Origin: Podarcis filfolensis
Taxonomy: Eukaryota
Assembly: GCA_964270895.1 (NCBI GenBank)
Contig: OZ185436.1
DNA: 64,000 bases
Reading direction: 5' to 3' (one strand)
Numbering within the stretch: the stretch's first letter is position 1; the number at the start of each line of letters is the position of its first letter. Of the stretch, positions 62,445 to 64,000 are shown one piece after another. Both the position numbers and the translations under genes were made by a program. The notes below the pieces were generated by a model. It was not told the origin of the DNA, searched no databases, and worked only from the letters and a program-made list of their open reading frames with translations.

Positions 62445-62550
62445 CAAGATTCCCTAGGCATCCAGTTGGTCACTGTGAAAACAGGATGCTGTTTTCAATG
62501 GGCTACTGGACTGATCTAGCAGGCTTTTCTTCCATTTTTATGTTCTTATG
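62445..62550 (+). mobile_element. CR1 3' tail fragment
   Basis: ggcatccagttggtcactgtgaaaacaggatgctg...ctgatctagcaggcttttctt...tgttcttatg. Confidence 0.65.
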
Positions 62551-63785
62551 GTTACTCAAATATAGTGCAAAGAGGGCCAACGGGCCTGGTGCCTGAATCC
62601 AGCTCCCTATAGAGCACATCCCTTGAGGATCCTGCCATCTTTCATTCTGTGGACATGATCAAGCCAGCATAGATGTCACTGAGACAGGAATGTGAATATG
62701 CTGGGATTGTTATGGGTGTTTTAATATTGCTGTTACTATTGCTGTATATATGGGATGTTGTCCACAGAGAGCTGAGAACTCAGATGTCAAAGCAGAGTCA
62801 TCACATAAGAAGTTTCTTATCACCATAAAATGAACAATGCAAGTCAGAACCACAGACAGACAAGGCGGTGATAAACTTATTTCCTGTGGGATATGCTCTC
62901 ATTATTCTGAAGAGCATGAGATGTCCATTATTAAGCTGCCTCTTCAGACCATTGCTATTTTAAAGAACATTTCATTAGCTGAAATGTAAAGGAGATAAAA
63001 CCAAGCCAGTGTGTGGTATGTTTACCTCAGAAGGATACTTTAATTATTTGCGAGTTCATTGCCTTAGATCCCAAGATAAGTTTTGTGGGAGGAAAGTTCT
63101 CTGTCCCCCAAGCCCACCCCAGCACTGAAAAGTCTCTCCAAAGGATTGGGGGCCATGCCTGAACAATGTGGGAAGCAGCAGAGGTACTGCTGGGGGAGAG
63201 GAAATATCACCCCAAATTGGGCAAATTTTTCTCAGTTTAACCTATCTCACAGAGTTGTTATGAGAAGGAAATGGGGAGGTATGTGGGAAGAAACGTATCT
63301 TGGCCTTGGAGAAAGTGCATGATGCACACATAATAAAACAATACAGTGTAAGGAGAGTCAGCTAAAAACTAAGAAATTAATGAGTGGGTGGGTTTGCGTG
63401 ATTAGATTTATAGAAGCGAGAATTGGAAGCCTTGTGGAGGTAGGGATGCAGAACATTTGCAGTCCTGCAAGATATTCCTTGAAGGAAGGGTTCTCTTTAA
63501 AATCTGCATTGTGTGTGTGTGTGAGAGAGTATATATAGCGCATTTTGAGTCATCTTACTGAGGTTTAAATAAAGAATTTAAAACGTGATGCAGCATGTTC
63601 TGTTAGGAAGTGATAGGCAAGTGTGACAAAGTTGCTCACACAAATGACACCACACAAAAATACCCCACAGGAACCAACTGGCTATAACCCTGCTGCCTGT
63701 GTGTTGAAAATTAACTCACTGCACACAGGCACACTCAGAATGGCAGCCTTACTTTGCCTGGTGCTTCTAAGTAATCATTACTCAC

Positions 63786-63878
63786 CTGACAGCAAAAAAC
63801 AAAGTCGCTGGACCAGGCTTCTTGGGCAGATCATGATCCAGAACTCTGTGATCTAACTGTAGCCAGATATTCTGACCT
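63786..63878 (-). CDS. FRMD4B: FRMD4B exon, 93 nt, phase 2-2: (T)GQNIWLQLDHRVLDHDLPKKPGPATLFFAV(R)
   Basis: Acceptor cttcttttttgttcctccag|AGG, donor CAG|gtgagt; FERM N-lobe sequence. Confidence 0.95.
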
Positions 63879-64000
63879 CTGGAGGAACAAAAAAGAAGCG
63901 CCCCCCCCCAAAAAAAACATGGTTAGAGATAGGAAAAAGAAATGAAACCGGTTAGGTTCAAAGCGATAGAGGATGTATTTCAAAGGTATAATAATCTGCA

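Larger units (their letters stand above)
11652..63878 (-). other. FRMD4B: FRMD4B gene, partial (8 internal coding exons encoding most of the FERM domain; both gene ends outside the window)
   Basis: Eight GT-AG exons splice in frame (553 nt) into a FERM-domain peptide. ISFLKDKTTVELFFLNAK and GISYKGIGQYD match FRMD4B rather than FRMD4A (GLSYKGIFQYD) as I recall the human proteins; no database search was run. Confidence 0.93.

Noticed and set aside
1-64000. A novel multi-gene system, CRISPR array or operon
   Set aside because: The DNA is vertebrate intron. Apart from the FRMD4B exons and the L1 ORF2 fragment, the ORFs are short, often start at non-ATG codons, and overlap microsatellites or TEs. 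No regularly spaced repeat-spacer array is present.

Overview
Eukaryotic (vertebrate) genomic DNA, most likely from a lacertid lizard. That assignment is an inference from the Sauria-type SINEs and squamate-type CR1/L2/L1 and MITE families. The window lies inside one protein-coding gene on the minus strand, FRMD4B (FERM domain-containing 4B). I reconstructed eight consecutive coding exons (93, 85, 57, 23, 84, 66, 58, 87 nt) with canonical GT-AG sites and consistent phases (2-2-0-0-2-2-2-0-0). They encode GQNIWLQLDHRVLDHDLPKKPGPATLFFAVRFYIESISFLKDKTTVELFFLNAKSCVHKGQIEVESETVFRLAALILQEAKGDYSSDENARKDLKNLPAFPTKTLQEHPSLAFCEDRVIEHYVKNKGLTRGQAIVQYMKVVEALPTYGVHYYGVKDKQGIPWWLGISYKGIGQYDLQDKVKPRK, the core of the FERM domain. 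I did not find the next downstream exon in 1-11651, so it probably lies left of the window; the 5' exons lie right of it. About 99% of the window is intron and is rich in transposon relics, several with intact TIRs or TSDs. Nearly all ORFs in the supplied track are spurious; the only long real one is an L1-type ORF2 C-terminus at 20482-21195. I found no convincing previously undescribed biological system. The best leads are: an unexplained ~190-bp local duplication that overlaps a frame-compatible cryptic exon; young or nested insertions; a CpG-rich cargo-carrying Tc2-like element; a hAT MITE with telomere-like repeats; and a few motif clusters that could be enhancers.
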